From the NCBI RefSeq assembly GCF_006345805.1, contig NC_043022.1:6386001-6450000 (forward strand): a stretch of DNA of 64,000 nucleotides. The letters are read 5' to 3'. The notes under the pieces were generated by a model. The model worked only from the letters and a program-made list of their open reading frames with translations. It searched no databases and had not been told where the DNA came from. Source of the DNA: Octopus sinensis (Eukaryota). This document shows positions 38,474-52,726 of the stretch, one piece after another (position 1 is the first letter of the stretch; each line of letters starts with the position of its first letter). A program made the translations under genes and the position numbers.

Positions 38474-38882
38474 GCGCAGGAGTGGCTGTGTGGTAAGTAG
38501 CTTGCTAACCAACCACATGGTTCTGGGTTCAGTCCCACTGCGTGGCATCTTGGTCAAGTGTCTTCTGCTATAGCCCCGGGCCGACCAATCCCTTGTGAGT
38601 GGATTTGGTAGATGGAAACTGAAAGAAGCCTGTCGTATATATGTATATATATATGTATGGGGTGTGTGTTGTGTGTCTGTGTTGTCCCCCTAGCATTGCT
38701 TGACAACAAGATGCTGGTGTGTTTACGTCCCGTTATTAGCGGTTCGGCAAAAGAGACCGATAGAATAAGTACTGGGCTTACAAAGAATAAGTCCCGGGGT
38801 CGATTGCTCGACTAAGGCGGTGCTCCAGCATGGCCGCAGTCAAATGACTGAAACAAGTAAAAAGTAAAAGAGTAAAAAAGAG
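38474..38882 (+). mobile_element. SINE family A, full length (inverted partial copy follows at 38890-39020)
   Basis: Same consensus. Confidence 0.9.
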
Positions 38883-39187
38883 TATATAACGGGCTTCTTT
38901 CAGTTTCCATCTACCAAATCTACTCGTAAGGCCTTGGTTCGCCCGAGGCTATAGTAGAAGATAACTTTTCCCATGGTGCCATGCAGTGAGACTGAACCCA
39001 GAACCATGTGGTTGGGAAGCAACTTTCTTACCCTCCCCCCCTCCCACAGTTTCCGGTCTACGAAATTCCACTCACAAAGCATTGGTCTTCCGAGGATAAA
39101 AACAGAAGACGTTTACTCAAGCTGGGATCGAACCTGTGCTGACAGGTTAGCAAAGCAAAGTTGTTTAACTTATATGGCTGTATGATA

Positions 39188-39580
39188 TCTTTATATATAA
39201 AACTGTAGTTGTGTGAGTGTCTGTCCCCTTCGATTTAGATTCCTAACTACTCCCACATTTTGCGGTGCAGTTTGACCAAAACCGGGTATCTTATAGTCGT
39301 GATTCATATCGAGCCCTTCTGGGTATTAGCGCGCGTCTACGATGAGTCACGATTTTAAAATAATTTACCATCATTTTTTTCCATTTTCATGCATTTTTTT
39401 TAAAGGGAAGTAACTCTCTAAAAATGTCTACGATGAGTCAACGATTTTTAAAAAAAATTTACCATCATATTTTTTCCATTTTTAAAGCATTTTTTTGCTA
39501 TTTTTTGGCTATAACTCTCTAAAAATGCTTATATAGTTATTTCCCTTACAAACCCGAGCAACGCCGGGCGATACTGCTAA
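39188..39580 (+). mobile_element. Non-autonomous Helitron
   Basis: 5' TC after A, 3' hairpin CCCGAGCAACGCCGGG, CTAA end before T; shares its 3' part with 45740-46123. Confidence 0.75.
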
Positions 39581-39924
39581 TATAATATAATCGAAAACAA
39601 AATGGTGCTAAATGTTCCAGACTTTACCAACTTCAACAAAAAAAACTTGGTCACTAAAGTTCACGGCAGAAGAAAGATTCTTCGTTTCTTTCTTTCCTTC
39701 GCAAGAATTCCTCCACCATCTTCGCCGCCCCGCCCCGCCACCACCATTTCTCTATAACCACTGCCATTTCTACCATCATTGGCTTCTCCCCTTACCGCCC
39801 CGCCCTTTCCACCTTCCCCCTCATCATCTCCATCATGCAGCCGCCGCCCCCCCCCTTTCCACCAACGACACCCTCATCTTACTGCCGCCACCACCTCTAC
39901 CTCTACTACAATTCTCCCCAATCT

Positions 39925-39955
<31 letters not shown>

Positions 39956-40255
39956 ACAAACACACATACACACACACATACACACACAAACACACATACA
40001 CACACACACAAACACACATACACATACACACAAACACAAGCACACACATACATACACATACACAAACACACACACAAACACACACACACAAACACACACA
40101 CAACCAAACACACACACACACCAAACACACATACACACCACACACAAACACCACACACACACACATACACACACACACACACATACACACACACACACAC
40201 ACACATACACACACACACAAGGGACTGAGCGTTAATTACAGAACTATTTTTCATA

Positions 40256-40286
<31 letters not shown>

Positions 40287-40859
40287 CTCTCTCTCTCTCT
40301 CTCCCTCTTTAATGCAAGGCAGTCTCAAAACGGTCGCTCGAACCGCTAGAAATAGAAACCGAATCCCCAAACTCCCACATCTCTATTGCAGGATGCAGTC
40401 ACCGATCTACATAGACAGGATGGTCGGTCGTGAGTGGAACGCTTTTCACCACACCACTGCCCAGTCACTGTTAACCTTGAGCTAAACAACAATTACAAAA
40501 TACACACACACACACATTCCTTCCCCTTTTTCACCCCTTTTCATTCTCATGCGCGCGCGCGCACACACACTCCCTTTCCCTCCCTCTCTCTCTCCCCTCC
40601 CCCATACGTGTTAATCGAGCAAATATTACCATAGCATTACATCCATCACACACACACACACAACACACCCATGGTCACACACACATACACACGCACACAC
40701 ACATACACACACACACATATACACACCCATGGTCACACACACATACACACGCACACACATACACACGCACACACACCCATGGTCACACACACATACACAC
40801 ACCCATGGTCACACACACATACACACGCACACACATGGTCACACACACACACACATGGT

Positions 40860-40890
<31 letters not shown>

Positions 40891-41673
40891 ATGGTCACAC
40901 ACACACACACATATACACACACACATCCATGGTCACACGCACACATACACACGCAGCCAATACACAGCCGCGCCCCTCATATTTAAGGAACCCCAAGGCC
41001 AAGAGCAAAACGAAACAACAACAAACAAAACAAAACAAACTCCTCCATCTTCATCCACAAAAACAACAACTAAAAACAAAACAAAACAGGATTAAACAAA
41101 CAAATAAAAATGAAAAAGACGCAAAGAAAATCAGAATGTAAACCCATTTATTTTTTTTTGCTTCGAAAAACCCTAAAATTCTTTCACCCCCAGCACCCAG
41201 CCTCCCCCTTCTATATAGGGACCAATACCAGGGGATATATTAAAGCTACGTGTCTCTTGCAAGAGGACAAATACATTGGCAGAGAGGAAGAGGGAACTTC
41301 TTACAGGGGCAGTAGTAACAGTGTGTACACGCAGCTCTGTATATATATATCTATATATATATGTATATATACATATGTATATACATATTATATATACATA
41401 TACATATACATATACATGCGCGTGTACAGAGAGGCATAGTTAGATGTGCGTACATAAATAAATAAATAAATAAATAAGAGGCAGAGATAGCAACAGACGA
41501 AAAAAGCAGCAACAATCTTTCCAAAGTTCTTCACCGTTTTTCACGTTTTTACATGTAAGTACAAACCTATTGCTCTCGCTCTTGGCTTTAATTTTTTATA
41601 CACACCAAATACACCTTAAACATGCGCCGTGTATATCTGTGTGTATGTTGTGCAAGTAAGTGTGTGTATATAA

Positions 41674-41709
<36 letters not shown>

Positions 41710-41808
41710 CGTGATGTATGTAGAATTTATTGACTATATTTTGTGCTCACCGTTCTCTTTACACCCAAACTTTTGTGTATATTTCTAAGTACACACACAC
41801 ACAGAGAC

Positions 41809-41906
<98 letters not shown>

Positions 41907-42244
41907 ATATATAGGCCTCATATATGATATAAAACTTGCTTCGTACTCTAAACATACATTTTGTATGTGTGTGTGCGTGTATATGCCCGCATATGCATGT
42001 GTATATATACATATATTTCCCAATCTAATATACGAGTTTGTGTATCATTTAGCTATATGCAAGGCCTTACACACACACACACATTTCAGATGGTTATTAT
42101 CTATTCATTCATATACATATTTGTATATACAGATATGTTGATACAAACAGAACCCAAAATATATATGTATATATATTTTTATAGCCATTTAGCAGAAGCA
42201 ACAGAGTGACTCAATGGCCGAGAGTTTCGTGCGTTGGCACTTAT

Positions 42245-42311
<67 letters not shown>

Positions 42312-42330
42312 ATATATTATATATATATAT

Positions 42331-42361
<31 letters not shown>

Positions 42362-43757
42362 AGGAAAGAATGGAGCTGAACGAAGATTTAACAAAATTCC
42401 TTTATTTCATTTTCGACATATGTTTCGAAGTCTGCAAAGTCCCTAATTCCGAGTGAACAAGGGGTCCATTATGCAGCTTTCTCTTCAGGAAAATCCAGGA
42501 ACTTAATTCTCCAATAAAATGCACAACAAACTTTTCGACGGCTGCTCACGAGGAGCCCATAAAAATAATATACACATACACACACACAACATATATATAA
42601 ACTTCCAATTTTACCATTCATCACGCCCACCCACCCACCATCTCTCTCCTCTCTCTGATCCCGCTCTCGCCCCTTTTACCCCCCCCCCCCCTCTGTCTCT
42701 CCCCCCTTTTATTACTATCTACTATTATAGTAGAACCAATATTTTCTGCGTGTGTGTGTAACCAACACCCGGCGGTTTAACCTCACTCCTTGGCCGTCCT
42801 AAGGTGCCTTAAGCAGACCCCATTCCGTTACAAACATCGGGACCAAGTCTCATCTCTGGGTTTCATAGTAACATTCCACCTTTCTTCTCATCAGTCTTGG
42901 AGGATCTTAAAAGGGGTCTGGCGTTCAAGGAATCTGCCGGTCCTCATCTGACTAATACACGCACACCCAAGCGTTCACCTGTGTGTGTGAGTGTGGGTGT
43001 GTGTGGGTGTGTTGGGTGTGGGTGTCTGTACATATGTATACGTATGACTGTACGCATGTATGTACGTATAAATGTGTGTATATCTATGTGTATACATATA
43101 TGTAAGCATGTATGTATAAATGTATGTATTAAATATTTAGGTATGTATGTATGTATGTATGGATGGATGGATGGATGTATATATGTATGTAAGTATGTAG
43201 GTATGTATGTTTATAGGTGTGTGTATGCGCGTAAGTATGCATGTATGTATATAGGTGTGTGTATGGTATGTACGTAGGTGTGTATATGTATGTGTGTATG
43301 CAGAGCTATCTTGCAGTATCCTGAACCCTATAGTACTTATTTATAGACAAGCCACAGTATTTATAGATCAGAATTGGGTCCCTAGATTCCTGAGAGCCCT
43401 AAGGAACTTCCAAGAGGGCCCTTGCAATGAAACGGTATTCATCATCGTCGTTTAACGTCCGCTTTCCATGCTGGCATGGGTTGGACGGTTTGACCGAGGG
43501 CTGGCAAGCCAGGAGGCTGCACCGGGCTCCAATCTGATCTGGCAGAGTTTCTTCACCTGGATGCCCTTCCTAACGCCAACCACTCCGAGAGTGTAGTGGG
43601 TGTTTTATGTGCCACCGGCACGAGGGCCAGTCAGGTGGTATTAGCATCGACCACGCTCAAATGGTGCTTTTTACGTGCCACCCGCACAGGAGCCAGTCCA
43701 GTGGCACTGGCAACGACCACGCTCGAATGGTGGTTTTTACGTGCCACCGGCACATTA

Positions 43758-44185
43758 GCAGGCGTAGGAGTAGCTGTGTGGTAAGAAGCCTGCTTCCCAA
43801 CCACATGGTTCCAGGTTCAGTCCCACTGCGTGGCACCTCGGGCAAGTGTCTTCTACTATAGCCTCGAGCCGACCAAAGCCTTGGGAGTGGATTTGGTAGA
43901 CGAAGACTGAAAACCCGTCGTATATATATATATCGCTTGGCAACAGATGTTGGTGTGTTTACGTTCCCGTAACTTAGCGGTTTGGCAAAAGTGACCGATT
44001 CAATAAGAATTACGCTTATAAATCGTAAGTCCTGGGGTCGACTAAAGGCGGTGCTCCAGCATGGCCGCAGTCAAATGATTGAAACAAGTAAAAGTAAAGT
44101 ATATGTATTTGTATATGTAAATATAATTAGTATGTTTATGCCTATATATATATGTGTGTGTGTGTAGGTATGTAGGTATGTATGA

Positions 44186-44228
<43 letters not shown>

Positions 44229-45300
44229 CTCTTTCTCTTTTCTCTTTTACTTGTTTCAGTTATTTGACTGCGGCCATGCTGGAGCACCGCCTTTAGTCGA
44301 GCAAATCGACCCCCCGGGACTTATTCTTTGTAAGCCCAGTTCTTATTCTATCGGTCTCTTTTGCCGAACCGCTAAGTGACGGGGACGTAAACACATCAGC
44401 ATCGGTTGTCAAGCAATGCTAGGGGGACAAACACAGACACACACACACAGACACTCAAACACACACATGCATATATATACATATATACGACAGGCTTCTT
44501 TCAGTTTCCGTCTACCAAATCCACTCACAAGGCATTGGTCGGCCCGGGGCTATAGCAGAAGGCACTTGCCCAAGATGCCACGCAGTGGGACTGAACCCTG
44601 AACCATGTGGTTGGTTAGCAAGCTACTTACCACACAGCCACTCCTGCGCCAATATATATGTATATATGTATGTATTCAGATATATCATGAGTTTGGTGAG
44701 TGCCAGTGCTCGAGATCTTGAGTCATTCTCTAAGTTGTACAGTTTTAATAAGTCATTCTTTGAGTTCCATTTTCCTGTCTGTATCACGAAACCTGCCTCT
44801 GTGTGTGTGTGTGTGTGCATTAGTGGGTGTGTCTTCATATATGTTCGCATGCATATACATATATGTAGACATGTATGTATACTCTTACTCTTTTACTCTT
44901 TTACTTGTTTCAGTCATTTGACTGCGGCCATGCTGGGGCACCGCTTTAGTCGAGCAAATCGACCCCGGGACTTATTCTTTGTAAGCCCAGTACTTATTCT
45001 ATCGGTCTCTTTTTCCGAACCGCTAAGTGACGGGGAAGTAAACACACCAGCATCGGTTGTCAAGCAATGCTAAGGGAGACAAACACAGACACACAAACAT
45101 ACACACACATACACATATATATATATATACATATATACGACAGGCTTCTTTCAGTTTCCGTCTACCAAATCCACTCACAAGGCATTGGTTGGCCCGGGGC
45201 TATAGCAGAAGACACTTGCCCAAGGTGCCACGCAGTGGGACTGAACCCGGAACCATGTTGTTGGTTAGCAAGCTACTTACCACACAGCCACTCCTGCGCC
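43758..45300. mobile_element. Cluster of three SINE family A copies: 43758-44100 (+), 44228-44650 (-), 44885-45300 (-)
   Basis: Same consensus; other copies at about 4449-4715, 47248-47645, 52212-52520, 57770-57910, 58766-58935. Confidence 0.88.
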
Positions 45301-45739
45301 TAAGTACGAGAGCATGTGGTTGTTGTTGTTGTTTAGCCCCAGGTCAATGTGGATCGAGCAGGCAGACCAATGATCAAAAGCCAATATAACCATGGCTGCA
45401 AATACCATGGGCCTTACCCCTTCCTCCAGACTCAGCAAGTAGAAAGAAAATAAGCGTTTTTTTTTGGTTTGACTTGGAATGAGATTTGGCTGTTATTTCT
45501 AGCAGACTGAGCGACCGTATAGATTAATATCCAGGTGGGGGAGGCCGGGGTCGTATCAGCCCCAATTACAGGCCCTGGTCAAATCAATGCACTGAGATCT
45601 ATAATATGTGCATATTGATGGCAAACCACGGCGGATGTAGTTCACATTGGGTCCCTAGATCCGTGCGGCTCCCGGACAACTGCCCGGCGTATCAATGCCT
45701 TAAGACACGACTGAGGGGGGAGGGGGTGACATTTTAGTA

Positions 45740-46123
45740 TCTCTCTCTATATAAACGGCAGTTTGTCTGTCTGCGTGTCTGTGTGTCTGTCAGGTTGTAC
45801 CCTCACCCTGACCACGGCTTTCAACCGATTCTCATGAAACTTGACACACACATAGCCCAATGTCATAATTCAAAACTAACGCAGCGAAAATTTTGAAAAG
45901 TTCCCCCAGTTCTGAAAAGAATCGATAAATTCGACATGGGGTCGAGAATCAGAAACACAAACCACAGACTGTCTAGGGGACGCAACTCGACCTTTTTTAA
46001 CTCTCAAAAAAAATTTACCATAATTTTTTTCCATTTTTTTGCTATTTTTTGGCTATAACTCTCTAAAAATGCTTTATAGTTATTTCCCTTACAAACCTGA
46101 GCAACGCCGGGCGATACTGCTAG
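45740..46123 (+). mobile_element. Non-autonomous Helitron with a (GTCT)-like microsatellite
   Basis: 5' TC, subterminal hairpin, CTAG end, A|T insertion site. Confidence 0.8.
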
Positions 46124-46148
46124 TCTGCAATAAATGGCAAGTTTATAG

Positions 46149-46322
46149 AAATGTGTCCATCTGTGAAATATGCCTAAGTGAAAGGTGAACGTCCGTGAAA
46201 TGTGTCCATCTGTGGAATATGTCCATGTGTAGGATGTATCCATCTGCGGACGTATCCATCTGTGAAATGTATGCATCTATGAAATGTATCCGTCTGTGGA
46301 ATGCGTTCATCTGTGAAATGTG
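46149..46322. repeat. Degenerate 17-bp tandem repeat (AAATGTGTCCATCTGTG)
   Basis: About 10 diverged units. Confidence 0.8.
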
Positions 46323-46621
46323 AGCGTGGGTTATCTTTCATATTGTTTGTGTAGAAATTAAATTGTTCAGAGCGACGAAGAATTAACTGGGATTCTGTTT
46401 GTTTGCTTTGTATTTTCATTGGGAATGGGGTTAGAGAAGTTGGTCAGTGGGTGGTTTCTAATATGTATGTGGGATGAAATTACACCCGGGGTGGAACAAT
46501 TCTCCATCAGACTTTCTCTCTCACACACACAACCATCTTCTTCTACCATTATGCAATACTGCCAGAGCGCAGTTAAACAAACCACAATGTTATATCACTT
46601 TACTAACTTGTTAACCAGCTG

Positions 46622-46708
<87 letters not shown>

Positions 46709-47411
46709 TGCTTTTAGTTATCTTTGATGCGATTTTACTTGGCCCCGGGTCACCATATGTCTCGTGCACCATCAGCCAATGTAGTCCGGCGCCCTCCTTG
46801 TGTGTCGAACGACTACCAAGAGACTCCCTTTGGTGGTAGCGGTGCCGGTAGTGGTACAGATATCTTAAACAAATTTCGCTGGGTTGTAAGCATTCGGACC
46901 AGAGTCCCTATAAGTGTGTATGGGGGCTGGGGGGGGAAATCACTGTCGTGACCTCATGGCACACCGTCACCGTATACACTGCCCTGAATAAGGGCCAAAA
47001 ATAACACTAAAACCCTGCTGGACACTTCTGTCCCCAGTCCTCTAATACCCGAAGAAGCGACTTACCTTAGAGTTGTAATGGGGAATCTATGACACACAGG
47101 TGTCGCCAGAGATTGCCAGCAGGTTTAGAAGTCACACACGATGGGCCTTCAAAACAAATCTCCCTGCTATATCATGTTATAGAAATCTTAATTATAAACA
47201 TTTATTTAAAACCTGAGGTACTCCAGCAACAGGAGTATTGAAGATATTTATGTGGTAAGAATTGCTTCTCAACCACATGGTTCCAGGTTCAGTCCCACTG
47301 CGTGGCACCTTGGGCAAGTGTCTTCTACTATACCCATGAGCCGACCAGAGCCTTCTGAAGGAATTTGGTATATGGAAACTGAAAGAAGCCTATCATGTGT
47401 GTATTTATATA

Positions 47412-47445
<34 letters not shown>

Positions 47446-47679
47446 TTTGTATCTGTGTATGTCCCACACCACCTTCCATCGCTTGACTACCGGTGTTGGT
47501 GTGTTTACATCTTCGTAACCTAGCGGTTCGGCAAAAGAGACCAATTTTTACTTTAAAAAGTAAATATTGAAGTCGCTTCGTTTATCTACACAATTCTTCA
47601 ACGCGGTGCCCCAGCATGGCTGTAGTCTAATGACTGAAACACAAGATAATAGACAGAATATAACGACCGTGACAATCCT

Positions 47680-48030
47680 CCCCCCCCCCAAATCATACAC
47701 CCTGCTAACACGTAAACCACATGACATCGCCGAGTCACAAACTGCTCGCTCCTTCATCCATTCTGTCCACACTCTTCACTCGAACTTCTCCCAGACAGAT
47801 GTCCGCACGGACCTAGATTCCATTCCGCCCATCTTCTTTCACCTGGGTATCAACAAGAGACAAACCCCGTCCCTCGTTACACTGGCTCAAGGTCGCCCAC
47901 CACTACTCTCCAAATAATACATCTGCTGTTGTCTGATCTCCTCCAATCATCAACAACTCTTCGACTATACTTCACCCTACATCCCCGTTGACAAACCCCT
48001 GACATCAATAAACTGTTCGCACTTACAATA
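47680..48030 (+). mobile_element. Decayed non-LTR retrotransposon ORF2 3' region (I/Nimb-like, tentative)
   Basis: VTLAQG motif resembling TLAQLRSG, followed by an LFD remnant; C-rich composition. Confidence 0.45.
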
Positions 48031-48117
48031 TGCAAATTAGTAACCCCAGTTTTCTTTAGTTACTGAAAATGTTGAGTATGTCCGCTTGTTTCTCTGGAAC
48101 TTGTCACGTTGATGGAG

Positions 48118-48168
48118 ACAACACCTCTGATGAGAATCCGACAAGAATCGAAAATCGATTAAAGTTGT
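48118..48168 (+). ncRNA. Degenerate minimal hammerhead ribozyme
   Basis: CUGAUGA-GAAUC..GAAUC-GAAA, palindromic AAUCGAUU stem III, UUA triplet; mismatches in stems I and II. Confidence 0.45.
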
Positions 48169-49254
48169 ACATCATAGGTTTCAATCTACGGAGAAGCATC
48201 TAAATAAGCCCTGTTTATAAAGGTACTTTATATGTTGCATATGTGCCCTTCACCCATCTGTAACCGACCTGTCCTTGGTCACTTCAGCATTCAGGCCTTT
48301 ACATGTACCTTACACACATCGTTGACCGACACACAGACATCCCAAACATCCTTAGCTCTCTTTCGACCCCCAAACCCAGTCACTGCCAAACTATCAGAGT
48401 GCTTATACCAGTCATATCGCCTGACTGATCCCTCCATGACCACCACCACACCTGTATATAATACTACAGGACCACCTCCACCTGTCGGATTTTAAGGAAC
48501 TTGGCGTCAACTGACTGATCGCAGCTCCACCGGTTGTTTGCCATTTCTGGCTGAGTCAGCAGAGTGAGTGACTAAAACGATCCTCTTCGACAAGTCTCTT
48601 TACACCCGACACACAACAAAGTTCCCCAAGTGGTCCTCAGGAAAACCACATCTACAACACTTCGGAATATCCCCCAAACACATACACATACGCAACTACA
48701 CACACACACACACACACACACACAACGTTAGTAACATCTCTAAGACTAACCTTCATGCTCCTCTACGAAAGTCACCTTCATGCCCACATCCATATCAAGT
48801 ACGGAAGCTCAACCCCTTTCACTCCTTCCTAACCCCAACCAATGCTCTCTTTTTCAACAACACAGAGACACAATCATCACAAGCGTATCAACTACACAAT
48901 ACTGTACCCCCACGACCCTAAATGTAACCAACATACAAGCAGAACCCTCAACGTCTCCACAAATGCTAGGTTTCACCATCACTGAGGTGATTTGAACTCT
49001 TCAATAAATCCGGAACTGCATCACAGAACAGCATCAGAGGCCGAAACTTGTTCAGTTGGCAGCAGTTGTTTGTCTCTATATTTGGAACGGTGCTGCTGTC
49101 ACTACGGACATCCTAGACATCATCCCAGTAAAGCCAACCGACTGACTGGAATAAAGCGACTCACCGACACAAGTAAACCTCTCGTCTGCAGACTTGCTGT
49201 GTCCTCTCCCTTTCTCATTTCTACCGCCACTACAACAGATCTCTTCGACTCAGA

Positions 49255-49610
49255 CCTTGTTGGCCTCCTTATGAGAGCTCAAAATCTCTCGTGGAAGCGC
49301 CATCCAACCAAAATGCAAATATATGGGAAACTACCACCTGTGTCATCTCTTGTGAAAGGTAGGAGAGTCCAGTTTGCTGAACATTGTTGTAGTGCTGAAA
49401 ACGAGGCAATTTCTACTCTTCTCCTCTGGAAGCCATCTACTCTTGATACCAGAGGGCGCACACTCTCCTACCCTGATGTAATCTCCAGGAATACAGGCAT
49501 CCAGCAACAGGACCTCCGTAATGCTATGATGGACCGTGAAGTCTGGCGTAACATAGTAAATTCCATTGTCTCGACCACGGTCGAACAATGATGATGATGA
49601 TGATGATGAA
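49255..49610 (+). mobile_element. RTE LINE 3' fragment with (TGA)n tail
   Basis: LMRAQNLSWKRHPT...DREVWRNIVNSIVSTTVEQ* followed by tgatgatga. Confidence 0.88.
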
Positions 49611-50390
49611 TGATGATGTTGGCCTAGTACCACCTCACTCCCCCACATCACCTCCTTTCTCCCCTCATCCATACAGTGACCACCTCACTAGGCCCAGTAC
49701 TTCTCCCTTATAACGTCTGTCCTCTACAAATCCTTTTTTGTCCGTGTTTTTCTTTTTTTTCTCCTGCAACCCTCAACTTGCAGCTATCCAAGAGAACCAT
49801 TAACCAACTATGATATCGATCTTACCATTCTCACAGAACTGTGAAGACCGTCGGTGACTCAAGCCCCAACCTCACCTCTCACTCCAAGATCAAACCATTG
49901 AACAGACGCGTCCAACTTTCTTTCGTGACATCTGTGGTGACTTGCGGGGTGGATCACTATAAGTTGGAGTATATCTGGAAGAGAAGATTGAGAAGAAATA
50001 TAGTTGTACTATGTTGGGGCCAATAGGGGATAGTGAAAAGGGTGTATTCGTAGAGGTCAAAACTAGATCAGTGCCCCCGCTCTGTCCCATACACACACAC
50101 ACACACACACGCTGATATAGATGTGCATACAAACACGCACAGACACACTTATAAACAATATACACACATAATATACAGCGTTAAGTCTAAACATGTCCAC
50201 ACAAAAACCTTGGAATAAAATTAAATGATGATGATGATGGGTGTGTGATTTCTTTTATTAGCCACAAAAGTATTTGATGCGGAGGACATTACAAGAAGTT
50301 TACAATTTGTGTGAGGGAGTTTACATAAAAGATGAGAAGAAAGAAAGAGAAAAGCCCGCGAAATGAGATAAAAAGTACATACATATATAC

Positions 50391-51320
50391 ATTATGGCTT
50401 CCCCCTCGTTATCGAGTATGGCCATTGCACGAAGCTTAACTGTTACTGGTGCTGTGATCGAATGTGACTTTTTAGCCCAGCTAAAGATCTACAATGTCTT
50501 GTACAGAGTTGGCAACTAAAACCTTTACCGGTAATAGCTGGCTGTAGTTGTAACTGGGCTTCATGTACCTTTGCATGTCGTTTAAGTCCTCCTGCCGAAT
50601 TACACTCTCTTCCACATGCCCAACAGATATGATTAGTATGGTGTGTTACACCACCACCAGTGGCCAGCTTGTCACTCATCTGCCTCGTTTTATGACTACG
50701 AAGATGACTCATGAGTCCAGCTTTACTGAGGCAGGGTCTTGCACAGACATTGCATGTCAGCATCAAAGGAAGACCCTTCCCTTCTGGAAGTGTAACAGCG
50801 ATGCCCTTCCTGACATCCCTCCTTACTTTCTCATGTGCAACTCGAGATTTCTCAAACGTGGCTGTCCCCTCATGCACAATCCTTCTCCACCTGCTACGAT
50901 CAATAGCTATGCCTTCCCATGTGTCAGGAGAGATGCAAGCATCTCTTAAGGAAGCCTTCAGCAAGTCCTTATACCTCTTTTTTGGTTTATGTGGAGGTCG
51001 TTCTCCTTTAGCTAACTCTCCATAAAAGAGTTGTTTTGGCATCCTTGAATCCTTCATTCTGACCAGATGACCACTCCATCTGAGCCTTTGCTTTAACACA
51101 ATAGCTTCTATACTTTCACACCGAGAGCCTTCAAGTATTTCAAGATCACTGATGCGGTCCTTCCACTTAATGCCATATATCCGTCTAAGGCACATCAGAT
51201 GGAAACGTGGTATCAATACGTGACCCACGTTTCGCAGGCATAGAGAAGAGAAGGGAGCACACATGTCTTGTACACCTTTATCTTTGTCTTTCTGCATATG
51301 TCTCGCCGACTCCAGAGGCA
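50391..51320 (-). mobile_element. 5'-truncated RTE-clade LINE, ORF C-terminus with three C2H2 fingers
   Basis: KIKVYKTCVLPSLLYACETW, CLRRIYGIKWKDRIS, RLRWSGHLVRM, RYKD, DRSRWR motifs; short 3' UTR. Confidence 0.92.
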
Positions 51321-51752
51321 CATACATACATACATACATACATACATACATACATACATACATACATACATGCATGCATAGTATACAAAGCAAGAGAACG
51401 CATAAACGTAGCAGTCCCCCCTAATACTGGGGAGCCTCCAGCTCGGGCCAAAGACCCCACAGGCCAGAATTGGTTCATCCACCTTTAACCATTTCTGACA
51501 ACTCTCTCCTCACTGAGAATGCATAGCGGAATAAAACTTGTTCTATGCCGAAGATCCGAACTCCGTCGTGTTGGCCCACCCCACAGAGGAAATAGCGGGA
51601 AAAGCTTCCTTTATATAGCTGATGGTGGCACGCTTGGCTAGTCTGTCACGTGATGGAGTGGACAGCCCGCGTAAAGCTAGGACTCGGCCATCACGTGATT
51701 AGCCAAAATGTGCGTAGCGAAGGGTAAATGGCCAAACTATGAACATGCTTCT

Positions 51753-51985
51753 GGCGGCGAGCTGGCAGAAACGTTAGCACACCGGGCGAAATGCGTAGCC
51801 GTATTTCGTCTGCCGTTACGTTCTGGGTTCAAATTCCGCCGAGGTCCACTTTGCCTTTCATCCTTTCGGGGTCGATAAATTAAGTACCAGTTACACACTG
51901 GGTCAATGTAATCGACTTAATCCATTTGTCTGTCCTTGTTTGTCCCCTCTATGTTTAGCCCCTCGTGGGCAGTAAAGAAATAGCT
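51753..51985 (+). mobile_element. SINE family B; further copies at about 2310-2450 (-), 10850-11010, 16370-16545, 35270-35470, 61940-62300, 63045-63265
   Basis: Same consensus. Confidence 0.85.
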
Positions 51986-52436
51986 TCTACTACAAATCAA
52001 TGGCGAATATCACTAGATACTGAACGGATGAACCAACCGTCAATGGGCAGGATCAACCAGTTCAGTTAGTGAACTACTGCTATCATCTGTAGTCGTCGGG
52101 TGTGCTGGAGAGATATTTCACCTGGCGAAAGGCCAACGTAAATAAAACCTAGGGTGATTGGGACGTCTAACGTGGAAGGGTTACATTCGGTTAAGGCAAG
52201 TCCCCGGCTGTATACTCTTACTCTTTACTCTTTTACTTGTTTCAGTCATTTGACTGCGGCCATGCTGGAGCACCACCTTTAATCGAGCAACTCGACCCGG
52301 GACTTATTCTTTGTAAGCCCTGTACTTATTCTATCGGTCTCTTTTGCCGAACCGCTAAGTGACGGGGACATAAACACACCAGCATCGGTTGTCAAGCAAT
52401 ACTAGGAGGACAAACACAGATACACAAACACACACG

Positions 52437-52475
<39 letters not shown>

Positions 52476-52579
52476 GACGGGTTTCTTTCAGTTTCCGTCT
52501 ACCAAATCCACTCACAAGGCTTTGAAAGTTTTTACAAATATTGATAAAGTTATTTGAAGAAACTATATAAACACCCACA

Positions 52580-52726
52580 AGCGTAGCTAGGTGGGGGCGG
52601 TCCGCACCCGGCGGCACTTTTAAAGGGGTACTACTTTTGGGTCTGTCGTAGGCAATATGTGTTGTTGTTTTTTGCGGGGCGGCAAACGGAAAGGCCGCTC
52701 CAGGCGGCACACACTCTAGCTACGCT
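52580..52726. mobile_element. Small GC-rich MITE; an inverted fragment of the same family lies at about 5935-6005
   Basis: 11-bp TIR AGCGTAGCTAG/CTAGCTACGCT; no TSD seen. Confidence 0.65.
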
